DNA of 51,497 nt from an uncultured bacterium (lineage in GTDB: Bacteria > Planctomycetota > Phycisphaerae > SM23-33 > FEN-1343), in assembly GCA_965372365.1 (NCBI GenBank), contig CBDVCA010000004.1:1-51497 (forward strand), given 5' to 3'. A program made the position numbers and the translations under genes. The notes under the pieces are model-generated. The model saw only the letters and a program-made list of their open reading frames with translations. It was not told where the DNA came from and did no database searches. Below, in pieces: positions 9,223 to 17,546 of this stretch (positions within the stretch are counted from its first letter, which is position 1; each line of letters opens with the position of its first letter).

Positions 9223-9900
9223 ATGCAGACCTACGACCTGAAACCCTCCGAGCAGCGCCAGCGTCAAGACATTCTCGACAGCATCGACCTGCACAGCGGG
9301 CTGTATCAAACCGATCACGACGGCTCCCTGATCGCCGACGCGGCCGGCAACCCGACCCCGCTGGATTACGTGGTGCTGCGAACGCGGCGTTTCCTTGTCG
9401 ATGCACGGGGCGTTCTGTGGCGATTCTTCGCCGAGGGCAGTTCCAAGAACCCCGCGTCCCCCAATGGCGGCGGCGCTCCCTGGCGGAGCAACCGGGTCGA
9501 AATGTGGACCGGTCGCTGGCGGAAGGTCGTCGGCGCCGACGGGAAAACGACCCACGCCAAGGTCCTAATGGCCCGTCCGATCGACAAGCGAATCAACGGT
9601 CATCCCGGCATGTCGCAGATCGACTGGTACCGCAACGTCAAGAAGTATCGCCATCCGCTCGACCCGCCGCATTCGCACGATGAACAAGGGCCCACGCCCG
9701 GCGACCGATCCGCGGACGATTCGAATTCAACCGGCGACGACGTCGCCCCCGTACGGAGTCAACACAATGCCACTGGACCGCAACAGGGTGGACAAGACAG
9801 CCGCGGCTCACATTCAACAGCTTCGCAGGATCGGTCCGGTCAGCGAAGCGCAGCGGCAGGCCGTACGCAAGCTGCACGAACGAATCGCCCGGAAGGTTGA
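9223..9900 (+). CDS. Hypothetical phage protein
   Basis: GAAAGGA RBS before ATG 9223; GC3-biased codons; low-complexity C-terminus overlaps the next small ORF. Confidence 0.55.
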   Translation: MQTYDLKPSEQRQRQDILDSIDLHSGLYQTDHDGSLIADAAGNPTPLDYVVLRTRRFLVDARGVLWRFFAEGSSKNPASPNGGGAPWRSNRVEMWTGRWRKVVGADGKTTHAKVLMARPIDKRINGHPGMSQIDWYRNVKKYRHPLDPPHSHDEQGPTPGDRSADDSNSTGDDVAPVRSQHNATGPQQGGQDSRGSHSTASQDRSGQRSAAAGRTQAARTNRPEG

Positions 9901-9919
9901 CCGACGGCGCCCGCGCTGA
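9767..9919 (+). CDS. Small basic helical protein (50 aa)
   Basis: GGAG upstream of ATG 9767; MPLDRNRVDKT…; overlaps the tail of the 9223 ORF in another frame. Confidence 0.4.
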   Translation: MPLDRNRVDKTAAAHIQQLRRIGPVSEAQRQAVRKLHERIARKVDRRRPR

Positions 9920-9975
9920 CACGGCGTCCGCCCCGGCACTGACTTCCCGCCCACGATCGACGGAGAGACCCATCC

Positions 9976-10323
9976 ATGCGAACAATCCTGAACCGCAACT
10001 TAGCCGCCGCCGAACCGCTGACGCCTCTCAATATCGGCGAGGCCGTCCACTACATCGGCTGCAACCTCACCAACCGCCTGGTGCATCCCGACTCCATTTG
10101 CGACCGCTGCCAACAGTCGCAGATGGTTCTCGATGACGGCGCCGACGCTGAACCGACCCGAGTCGGCAAGGGCGTTCGCGGGGAAATCACTGTCGCGGTA
10201 GTCGAGGCCGCCGAGGCCAAGACCGCCGAGGACAAGGCTATCGAAGCCATGCGGGTCAAGGCGGTCGAGGCCAAGACGATCGAGACCGCGACCTCCTCTG
10301 ACGTGATCGGAGGTCGGGCATGA
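9976..10323 (+). CDS. Hypothetical phage protein with CxxC
   Basis: GGAG RBS; C…H…CDRC; coupled (ATGA) to the next gene. Confidence 0.5.
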   Translation: MRTILNRNLAAAEPLTPLNIGEAVHYIGCNLTNRLVHPDSICDRCQQSQMVLDDGADAEPTRVGKGVRGEITVAVVEAAEAKTAEDKAIEAMRVKAVEAKTIETATSSDVIGGRA

Positions 10324-11657
10324 CTACCTACTACGCGGACATGGCTTTCTTTTACGAAGGAACCCACACCCACAACGGCCTCTCCCTGGCCAACGCCTGG
10401 GGCGGTCCCGCCGGCGTTCAGCGGGCTATTGCCGAGGCGGGCGAAAACGACACGATCCTCGTCATCAACGCCCCCACGCCGACGAACAATATCTCTCTTA
10501 CTACGCTCCGTAAACTGTTCGTGGCTTCCCTTACTAACATCGACCCCGGCGACCTGATAGAGAACCTAAGCCAAGCCGGCGAAATGCGCATCGTCTGCTT
10601 GGGGAGTGATTATGCGCTAGGTGAACATGTATCAGGTAGCTTCTTCCCTGGCAATACGGTTACCCCTGACGGTGGAACCACCACCACTACCGTTTCTGAT
10701 CTCGTCAAGCCCATGGGCTTACAGATTGATGAATTCTTCGCCGCCGACAACGTCACGCTTCGCGGCGTCGCCGCCGACGGTGTTACTGCCGAACATGCGT
10801 ACTTCGACTGCGATTCAGATTGCACCGGAATGAAGATGTTTGAGTGTACCGGCTGGACCGTCGCGTATCTTCACTTCGACACCCCGGCCTCCTACGGAGT
10901 CTACAAGTCCGCTGTGTCCGTTGGTTCGTCCGGGTGGCTCTTCGACCACGTCAAGGTCACCAACCCCGGATATGCCGGATTTACTTGGCTGTACTACCTC
11001 CAATACGCTCGCATGCGATTCTGTGAAGTGGACGGCGCCACCTCCTACGGTTACCGCACCATGCCGCTGTTCGGTCGTAGCGAGTTCTGCATCGCCCGCA
11101 ATTGCGGCGTCGGCGTCTACGAGCATCGCGGAAAACTGGACTCCTGGCTGATCGTAGATAACATCGGCGACGGTGTGAGGAATCCATCCTCCAATGCGGA
11201 ATTGATCGGCTGCACGATCGACGGAAACGGCGGCGACGGGCTCGGCTTCACCACCACTCCGAGCGGTATCACTCTGTTGCGTAATCGCATCACCAACAAC
11301 GGCGGCTACGGCCTGTCGATATCGGCCTACGGCGACGGCTGGCTACTCGCCGACAACGTCTGGTACGGCAACGCCTCCGGAACCTGCGACAGCGTCGCCG
11401 TCGGCGAAACCGACCACGGCCCCGTAGGCGATACCGCCATCCCCACCGCCGCCAACCGCGACGTGACCGCCGACGGTTACGCCGATCAATCGGCGGGTGA
11501 CTACTCGCTACTGGCGTCGGCCGTCAATCGCCGCATTGAAATCGCCGTCGGCGACGACAACACCGCGTACGTCACTACCGGCCTGCCCGCCGCGGACGTT
11601 ACGGGCCTCCACGATCATCAGGTTAGCTTTCACCAACACAAAGTGAGCTTCTCATGA
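10320..11657 (+). CDS. Right-handed parallel beta-helix protein (spike/depolymerase-like)
   Basis: Repeated (I/V)xxN.GxG(L/V) turns: IVDNIGDGV, IDGNGGDGL, ITNNGGYGL, VWYGNASG; GDYSL motif. Confidence 0.7.
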   Translation: MTTYYADMAFFYEGTHTHNGLSLANAWGGPAGVQRAIAEAGENDTILVINAPTPTNNISLTTLRKLFVASLTNIDPGDLIENLSQAGEMRIVCLGSDYALGEHVSGSFFPGNTVTPDGGTTTTTVSDLVKPMGLQIDEFFAADNVTLRGVAADGVTAEHAYFDCDSDCTGMKMFECTGWTVAYLHFDTPASYGVYKSAVSVGSSGWLFDHVKVTNPGYAGFTWLYYLQYARMRFCEVDGATSYGYRTMPLFGRSEFCIARNCGVGVYEHRGKLDSWLIVDNIGDGVRNPSSNAELIGCTIDGNGGDGLGFTTTPSGITLLRNRITNNGGYGLSISAYGDGWLLADNVWYGNASGTCDSVAVGETDHGPVGDTAIPTAANRDVTADGYADQSAGDYSLLASAVNRRIEIAVGDDNTAYVTTGLPAADVTGLHDHQVSFHQHKVSFS

Positions 11658-12760
11658 GCCAATCCACCTTCACCGTCAGAATCGAAATCGGCGGCGTCCC
11701 CCAGACGGGTCTGAGCGTCGTCGCCAGTGATCCGACCGGCGCGTACGGCGTCAAGCGCACCGATACCGACGCCGTCGTCGTCGCCGACGCGACCGTCATG
11801 TCCGAGGTCGGCGGGGGATACTACGCCCTCGCATTCACCGATCCGGCGCCCGACCTGGCCTACACCGGATGGATCGAGTATGTCTACGACGGCGAGACCT
11901 ACCACGTTTCCAACACCTTCGACGGTACGGCATCGGCCGCGGCGGCCGCACCGCGGGCGAGGCGGTGGGAATCGATCCTCTGCTACGAGAACCGCGGCGA
12001 TCTGCACACGTCTCGATGGCGGTTGTCGGGGCTGAGCACCCGACGAACGGCGCCCAATACCGACAACGGCGTCCTGTGGCTGAAGACGACCGTCATCGAC
12101 GGGTCGCTCACCGCCGAATTGTACAAACACCCCGCCTGCGCCGCCGGCGACAGGGTGGCTTCCGGCGCCGCTGACGTCTCCGGCGTCGATGGAACCGCGG
12201 CCGGGGCCGTCGAGGTCGAACTGGCCGGCGCCAACGGCAGCGGACTCAGCGGGGCGTTCTGGATTCATCGATGCGCCGCCGATTCGATTGCGCCCCTACA
12301 GGCGGCGTTGTGTACCGACGAAGACCTGGCGGCGCTGTGGGAGGGGATCGACGACCTGCCCGGCTACGACGCCGCCGAGGGGATGGCCGAGTTCATCCGC
12401 ATTGCCGGCGACGACGTGCTGGGCCGTGTGTCGCGAATGTTCAGCGAGCACTTCGGCGGTCGCGGCGCCCCGGAGGCGTGGTTCATCACCGACGCGTCGC
12501 GCACGGTCCCCGATCTCCGCCGCATCGCCAATCCTTCTCAACTGCGGCTGGCGTGCGCGTACCGGGCGCTGGAGATCGCCTTGGGCCGCCATCACCATCG
12601 GGCGGCCGACACGGTGTACAGCCGTCAGCGCGATCTGTTCGCCGCCGAGTTCGCACGGATCATGGAGTCGCTGACGCTGACGCTGACGCTGGCCTCCGAC
12701 GCAACCGCCGCGGCTTCGGCCGATGTCGGCGGCGGAGCCCATCGGTTGGCCCGAGGATAA
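11654..12760 (+). CDS. Virion structural protein (Ig-like N-terminus; possible head-tail adaptor C-terminus)
   Basis: Coupled to the previous gene; beta-rich N-terminus (EVGGGYY), helical C-terminus (QLRLACAYRALE); position. Confidence 0.5.
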   Translation: MSQSTFTVRIEIGGVPQTGLSVVASDPTGAYGVKRTDTDAVVVADATVMSEVGGGYYALAFTDPAPDLAYTGWIEYVYDGETYHVSNTFDGTASAAAAAPRARRWESILCYENRGDLHTSRWRLSGLSTRRTAPNTDNGVLWLKTTVIDGSLTAELYKHPACAAGDRVASGAADVSGVDGTAAGAVEVELAGANGSGLSGAFWIHRCAADSIAPLQAALCTDEDLAALWEGIDDLPGYDAAEGMAEFIRIAGDDVLGRVSRMFSEHFGGRGAPEAWFITDASRTVPDLRRIANPSQLRLACAYRALEIALGRHHHRAADTVYSRQRDLFAAEFARIMESLTLTLTLASDATAAASADVGGGAHRLARG

Positions 12761-12775
12761 GGAGGAGAGGACGAT

Positions 12776-13279
12776 ATGGCCGAGATTACTGTCGCCAATA
12801 CCGAGTGGACGATCATCGATGACGTTCTGGCCGCACTCGGCGAGGCCCGAATGGACGGGGCGGCGGTGTTCGCCGCCGTCGCGACGACGACGTCGCAAGC
12901 CCAGGCCGCCGAGTGCCAACTGACCGGGCCGCATCCCAAGGCGATTGTGCGGTTCGACGGCGCTACCGAACGCGAGGCCCCCGACGGCATGCGGCACTGT
13001 GCGGTGACGCTGGAGCTGTTCATCGCCGCCAACATCTCCGCACGCGGCGCCGACGAGGCGAGCCGGCTGGCCGAGATCCTTCGCCTGGTCAACGCCGCCA
13101 AGAACGCCGTCGAAGCCGCCGCCCCGGCCGACGCGTGCTACTGCGGCGACGGCGCTCGATGGCGCAACCGACTGCAATGGGGCGAGGCCGTCCTCGACAC
13201 GGCCGAACAGCCGCCGTGGGCGCTGGCCCGGCTGCCGCTGGACGTTTCGTACACACTGAACGATTCAACCTCACACTGA
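12776..13279 (+). CDS. Putative tail terminator/neck protein
   Basis: AGGAGG RBS; size, alpha/beta pattern and position before the tail tube. Confidence 0.45.
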   Translation: MAEITVANTEWTIIDDVLAALGEARMDGAAVFAAVATTTSQAQAAECQLTGPHPKAIVRFDGATEREAPDGMRHCAVTLELFIAANISARGADEASRLAEILRLVNAAKNAVEAAAPADACYCGDGARWRNRLQWGEAVLDTAEQPPWALARLPLDVSYTLNDSTSH

Positions 13280-13294
13280 CAAGGAGTTCGTCGC

Positions 13295-13675
13295 ATGGCA
13301 TTCAGCGTCTATCACAACCCCACCAACGTCGCCATCGGCGGCGCGTCGATCACCGGCGTCGTTTCGATCAGCGTCTCGCAGGCCTACGATGAGATCCACG
13401 CCGCCGCCGACGACGACACTCACGAGAGCGTCGCCCGATACACCACCGGCCGCACCTCCGGGACGGTCGCCCTGCTGGACCCCGTCCAGGCGCAGGCGGC
13501 TTCGGGAGGAACTGGCGCGCTGGTGTTCACCTGGACCGACGCCTCCGGCGCCGCCGACAAGACCGTGACGATCAACAACTGTTCGATCGGCGGCTGGGAC
13601 GGCGTCGTTCGTCGCGACGCGGCCTCGACGGCCACCCTTCCGTTCATCGCCGAAGCGGCGCCGAGCATCGCATGA
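13295..13675 (+). CDS. Putative tail tube protein
   Basis: 126 aa beta-rich (SISVS…SGTV…LVFTW…TVTI); AAGGAG RBS; position. Confidence 0.6.
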   Translation: MAFSVYHNPTNVAIGGASITGVVSISVSQAYDEIHAAADDDTHESVARYTTGRTSGTVALLDPVQAQAASGGTGALVFTWTDASGAADKTVTINNCSIGGWDGVVRRDAASTATLPFIAEAAPSIA

Positions 13676-14109
13676 CCGGCGATAACGATCACGATCGACG
13701 CCTCGAAGTCCAAAGCCGCAAGGCCGACGCCCCCCATCCCGACCGCTGCGCGAAGCTGCACCTTCGCGGCGTAGCGTTCGCACTGCCGCCTCGGGGATTA
13801 CGCGTGTATCCGAGCTTCGACGCCGCCGGCGAAGCGACCGTCCGGGTCGACGGCGTCGACCGATGGCCCCGGATCCCGGCGCTGCTGAGGCGACTGGCCC
13901 GACGTCTGCGGCGGCGGCGATTGACGTTCAATCCAACCGCCCCCGCCGACCTGCTGTGCGATGTGATGGCCCTGGCTCGCGAGGCGCTGCTGACCCAATA
14001 CGACCTCTCCGACGCTCACCTGGCCGACCTGCTCAGCTTCGACGCCGACCAACGCCCCCCATGGATCGGCGAACTGCTGAGCTGGGCCCAAGGGGCGACG
14101 CGAGAATGA
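13672..14109 (+). CDS. Putative tail assembly chaperone
   Basis: Coupled to the tube gene; size and position. Confidence 0.35.
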   Translation: MTGDNDHDRRLEVQSRKADAPHPDRCAKLHLRGVAFALPPRGLRVYPSFDAAGEATVRVDGVDRWPRIPALLRRLARRLRRRRLTFNPTAPADLLCDVMALAREALLTQYDLSDAHLADLLSFDADQRPPWIGELLSWAQGATRE

Positions 14110-14156
14110 GAGGAAAACGGTTGAGTGTCCACAAACTCTTACCCACGATAGCCCGT

Positions 14157-14402
14157 CGTTACTAGCCCCCTGCAGTGCAGGGGGTCGCTGGGCGACAATA
14201 CGCTCGTTGTAGACTGGATGTCGTTGGGCTGGGCGCGCCCGTTGTGGATCCGATGTCGCCCGCCCGGATGCGGCGGTTCGATCCATAGAGGGTGGGGTCG
14301 CACGCCTTCGGATCCCCCGCACTGCGGGGGGCTAGTAACGGCGAGCACTCAAGAGGGTGGGGTCGCACGCCTTCGGACCCCCCGCACTGCGGGGGGCTAG
14401 TA
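14157..14402. mobile_element. REPIN/MITE-like element flanked by CTAG, with a tandem extra copy of its right end
   Basis: CTAG-CCCCCTGCAGTGCAGGGGG (14162) … CCCCCGCACTGCGGGGGG-CTAG (14335); 14287-14337 repeated at 14352-14402. Confidence 0.8.
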
Positions 14403-14537
14403 CGCAACCCGTCTCATCGAAGCTCGTCGAATCAGGGTTATCGAATTCCGATGTAGACCGAGTGACGCCGCGACAGTGGCGATCCGTTCCTCTGATCGCC
14501 CAACAAGAACGGGTCAATCCAAAAAGGAACAGAATCC

Positions 14538-15098
14538 ATGGCAAGTCAGATCAACATCCCGCTTGACGGGCCGACCCTTCGCGGCTTGCGGCGCGCCAGC
14601 TCGACCGGCATCGCCGCGACGGTGCTGGCGGCGATTGGCGCGAGCATACCGAAGCGATCGCACGGGCGACCCGCCAGGGGGGCGACCGAATCGAAGTCCA
14701 CCGGCGCCGGCTCGATTCTGCGACGACTCTTGGCGGCGCCACCGGCCCAAACCAACCCCATCGGCGCCGACCACGCATCGCAGACGATCGCGGGCGACGA
14801 TCTTGCCGCATCATCGTGGCCCCAAAGCGTTGTTGCGCCCGAGACTGCACAGGATCTCGATCCGGCCGCGTCGTTTGAATTCTCCCAGAGCCAGTCGCCG
14901 CCGGTCGCGTCGCTCCATGAGGAGGGCGGCTCGTGGTCGGAGCGCTCCTCCGGCGGCCCATCGCCGGGACCGACGCTTGACCGGATGGACGCCGCATCGG
15001 CCGGCGGGGTCTACATTGCTCACTACTACGCCCGGCTTCCCGGCGACGCCGCGGCCAATGCTTACACTCGCCTGGGGGGGGAGGCCGACCATGGCTGA
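14538..15098 (+). CDS. Hypothetical Ala/Ser/Pro-rich protein at the tape-measure position
   Basis: AAGGA RBS; overlaps the next gene start; only 186 aa. Confidence 0.45.
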   Translation: MASQINIPLDGPTLRGLRRASSTGIAATVLAAIGASIPKRSHGRPARGATESKSTGAGSILRRLLAAPPAQTNPIGADHASQTIAGDDLAASSWPQSVVAPETAQDLDPAASFEFSQSQSPPVASLHEEGGSWSERSSGGPSPGPTLDRMDAASAGGVYIAHYYARLPGDAAANAYTRLGGEADHG

Positions 15099-15498
15099 TC
15101 CGAAATTCAACGGCGTAACGCTGACCTCGGAGGCGTCGAGCAATCGCATCGGCTCGCCGCAGACGCGTGTATACACCGAGACGATGCCGGGGTTGAACGG
15201 CCTGTTCGCTCAGCCCCACGGGATCGGGGGTCGCGATATCGAGGTCGAGGGCCTGCTGACCGGTTTCGGCGCGGCGGCGGCCCTGGCTCGCAACGCGGCG
15301 TTGGCGGCGTGCCGCCAGCGTCAGCAGTTGGCCGACGGCGCGACGGTGGCGACGTTCACCGGCGTCGACGGCTGCGCCTACTCCAACTGCCTGCTGATCC
15401 AGTACGCCCACGGTCCGGTGCGAGTGGCTCGCCTCGGGTCCGGTTCGTACGCCGCCTATCTGCCCGTTCGGGCTCGACTGAGGCAACTGACACCATGA
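15091..15498 (+). CDS. Distal-tail-like structural protein
   Basis: GGAGG RBS; ETMPGLNG…G.R.IEVEG motif typical of Dit-like tail proteins. Confidence 0.55.
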   Translation: MADPKFNGVTLTSEASSNRIGSPQTRVYTETMPGLNGLFAQPHGIGGRDIEVEGLLTGFGAAAALARNAALAACRQRQQLADGATVATFTGVDGCAYSNCLLIQYAHGPVRVARLGSGSYAAYLPVRARLRQLTP

Positions 15499-16232
15499 GC
15501 TATACCGAAACAGGCGTCACCCTATCGGACCTGGTCCCTCACGACGCCGGCGTCGTTGTGGTGGTGGGCAACGCTCACCCCGACAAGGTGGTGCAATGCT
15601 ACGTCAACGGCGATCTGGTCGCATGGCAGAGTTCGCCGGCGCCGACGTGGTCGTGTGATCTGGGACCGCTGTCGGCTTCGGATGTGGTGTTCCTGCTGGC
15701 GGTCGATCCGGCCGACGGCTCGACCAACTTCTGGCCGCAGGCGTTCGCCGACAGCGACGCCGGCAATCGTCTCTACGTCAGGATTCCTCAAATCATCTGT
15801 CCCCACCGTCCCGACGACCGCTGGCGCGTGTATCGCGGCGCCGCCGGCGCCGCCGAAGCGACGATCGAGGTGTTCACCGGACCGATCTACCCGGGCGGCC
15901 GCCACGCATGCGGATTCGGTTCGCACTTGGGAAGCGGGTTCGGCTACGACGCCCACGAAGCCGCCGGATTCGGCGCGGGGTTCGGGGTTGGGGAGTTCGC
16001 CTTCGATTGCGAACTGCTGAGCTGGCGATCCGATGCGCTGGGGCCGGGCGCCTACCCGGTGACGGTCGTCGGACTCGACGCGGCCGGCAACGAATCGGCG
16101 GCGACGACGATGTCGATTACGCTGACCACCTACGCCCGACCCGCGCAGAACCTGACCGTGGCCAGTTACGCGCCGGCCACCGACACGCTGGTCTTATCGT
16201 TCACTGAATCCCAAGACATCCAAGGCGGTTGA
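15495..16232 (+). CDS. Tail structural protein with GFG repeats and FN3-like segment
   Basis: GFGSHLGSGFGY…GFGAGFGVGEF; Y.VTVVGLDAAGNES (FN3-like); coupled start. Confidence 0.55.
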   Translation: MSYTETGVTLSDLVPHDAGVVVVVGNAHPDKVVQCYVNGDLVAWQSSPAPTWSCDLGPLSASDVVFLLAVDPADGSTNFWPQAFADSDAGNRLYVRIPQIICPHRPDDRWRVYRGAAGAAEATIEVFTGPIYPGGRHACGFGSHLGSGFGYDAHEAAGFGAGFGVGEFAFDCELLSWRSDALGPGAYPVTVVGLDAAGNESAATTMSITLTTYARPAQNLTVASYAPATDTLVLSFTESQDIQGG

Positions 16233-16261
16233 CCCCCGGTCAACGGTCGGATGGATCCTAC

Positions 16262-16419
16262 CAGCCCGTTGAAAAAGCTGTTCCTGCTACGATCGGCTCA
16301 ATTGCCTGTGCGTCTGCGTCAGAAATACTCGGCAATGCTAAGGCATTGCCTGTGTTTTCTTCCTTGATGCTCGGCAATTCCGCTCGATCTCGCGACGGAA
16401 CCCATTTTTCAACGGACTG
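16262..16419. mobile_element. MITE with IS5/IS1182-like ends
   Basis: Terminal inverted repeats CAGCCCGTTGAAAAA … TTTTTCAACGGACTG; related shorter copy at 40052-40133. Confidence 0.7.
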
Positions 16420-16448
16420 CCACACCCTATCGACGAAGGACATTTGAC

Positions 16449-16937
16449 ATGGCGGAAACCCCTTTGACCGACGCCCAGGCCGACGCTCTCAGCGGCAGCA
16501 CCGACGCCGATGTGGACCTGACGTATCCCGGGATCGGCGAATCGCCGTACCACACCACGATGTATCGCCTGCTGCACCGCATGCTGACGCTCGAGAAGGT
16601 CATCAACGAACTGCGGCCGTACAAGGACGGCGACCTTACGTTCGGCGTTCGTCCCGGGGCGGCCTCGGCGAGTTCGACCGTGTGTAGCTACGCCGGCGCG
16701 ACCGGGCAGGCGCTCACCGACAACGCGACCCATTACGTCTACCTGACCGTCAGCGGCGCGACCCTGGTTCTAGCGGTCAATACGACCGGTCTGCCCAACC
16801 CGGCGACGACGCCCCACGTGCCGCTGGCGAGCATCGCCACCGGTACCGCCTCCAGCGGCGGCGTCAGCGGCGCCTACGACGCGGCCGACCTGGTCGACCT
16901 TCGCGCCCGGTCGCTGTTCGGCGTGGTCGGCTCGTGA
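16449..16937 (+). CDS. Hypothetical virion protein
   Basis: GAAGGA RBS; beta-rich, ends in …PLASI…VDLR as in many tail-fibre attachment domains. Confidence 0.55.
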   Translation: MAETPLTDAQADALSGSTDADVDLTYPGIGESPYHTTMYRLLHRMLTLEKVINELRPYKDGDLTFGVRPGAASASSTVCSYAGATGQALTDNATHYVYLTVSGATLVLAVNTTGLPNPATTPHVPLASIATGTASSGGVSGAYDAADLVDLRARSLFGVVGS

Positions 16938-17521
16938 GTTACACCGGCTACAGGGTCTACCGCGGCTGCGGGGGGCTCAGTTCGGTCGACTTCACCACCA
17001 TCGTGGGCGCCGCGTCGCCGGGAGAGAACAGCGTCGAAGTTATGGCCGCCGGGCACGCGCCCAATGCGACCTACACCTACGTTCTTCGCCCTGTGCTCGA
17101 CGGCCGCGTTACGCCGGATCTGTCGTGTGCGGTGGAGGCGACGTTCGACGCCGCGGGCGAATGGGTCGGCGCTCGACCGGGGCCGATCATCGCGCTGACC
17201 GCGGCGACCGGCCCGGCCGGCGGGATTCGTCTGCGATGGAATTACGACGATGAGGGCGCCGCCGCTGCGGCTGCGTTCGCCGTCTACGCCGGACCCGATG
17301 CGCGGGTGGATACGTCGGGCGAAGCCGTGCTCACCGTCGCGGCGACCGGCAGGGGCGAGTACGCCGCCGAGCTTACCTGGACTGACGGTCAGACCGGGTA
17401 CGTCGCTGTTGTCGCACGCGCCGCCGACCAGACTCCGGGTCGACCGGCGACCACCGGACCCATCGTCGCCGACGCCGCGGCTCCTGATGCGCTGCGGGTC
17501 TACGCCGGCGGAGGTTTTTAG
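16934..17521 (+). CDS. FN3-like virion protein
   Basis: GYRVYRG…Y.YVLR…IRLRWNY…VAVVAR pattern; coupled start. Confidence 0.5.
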   Translation: MSYTGYRVYRGCGGLSSVDFTTIVGAASPGENSVEVMAAGHAPNATYTYVLRPVLDGRVTPDLSCAVEATFDAAGEWVGARPGPIIALTAATGPAGGIRLRWNYDDEGAAAAAAFAVYAGPDARVDTSGEAVLTVAATGRGEYAAELTWTDGQTGYVAVVARAADQTPGRPATTGPIVADAAAPDALRVYAGGGF

Positions 17522-17546
17522 AGACCGCTTCAGAACAGGGACGATC

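Noticed and set aside
13672-14160. Tail chaperone G/GT programmed frameshift
   Set aside because: No convincing slippery heptamer or downstream frame; a repeat element follows
14157-14402. CRISPR array from the palindromic repeats
   Set aside because: Copies are dispersed and inverted rather than regularly spaced with unique spacers; no cas genes
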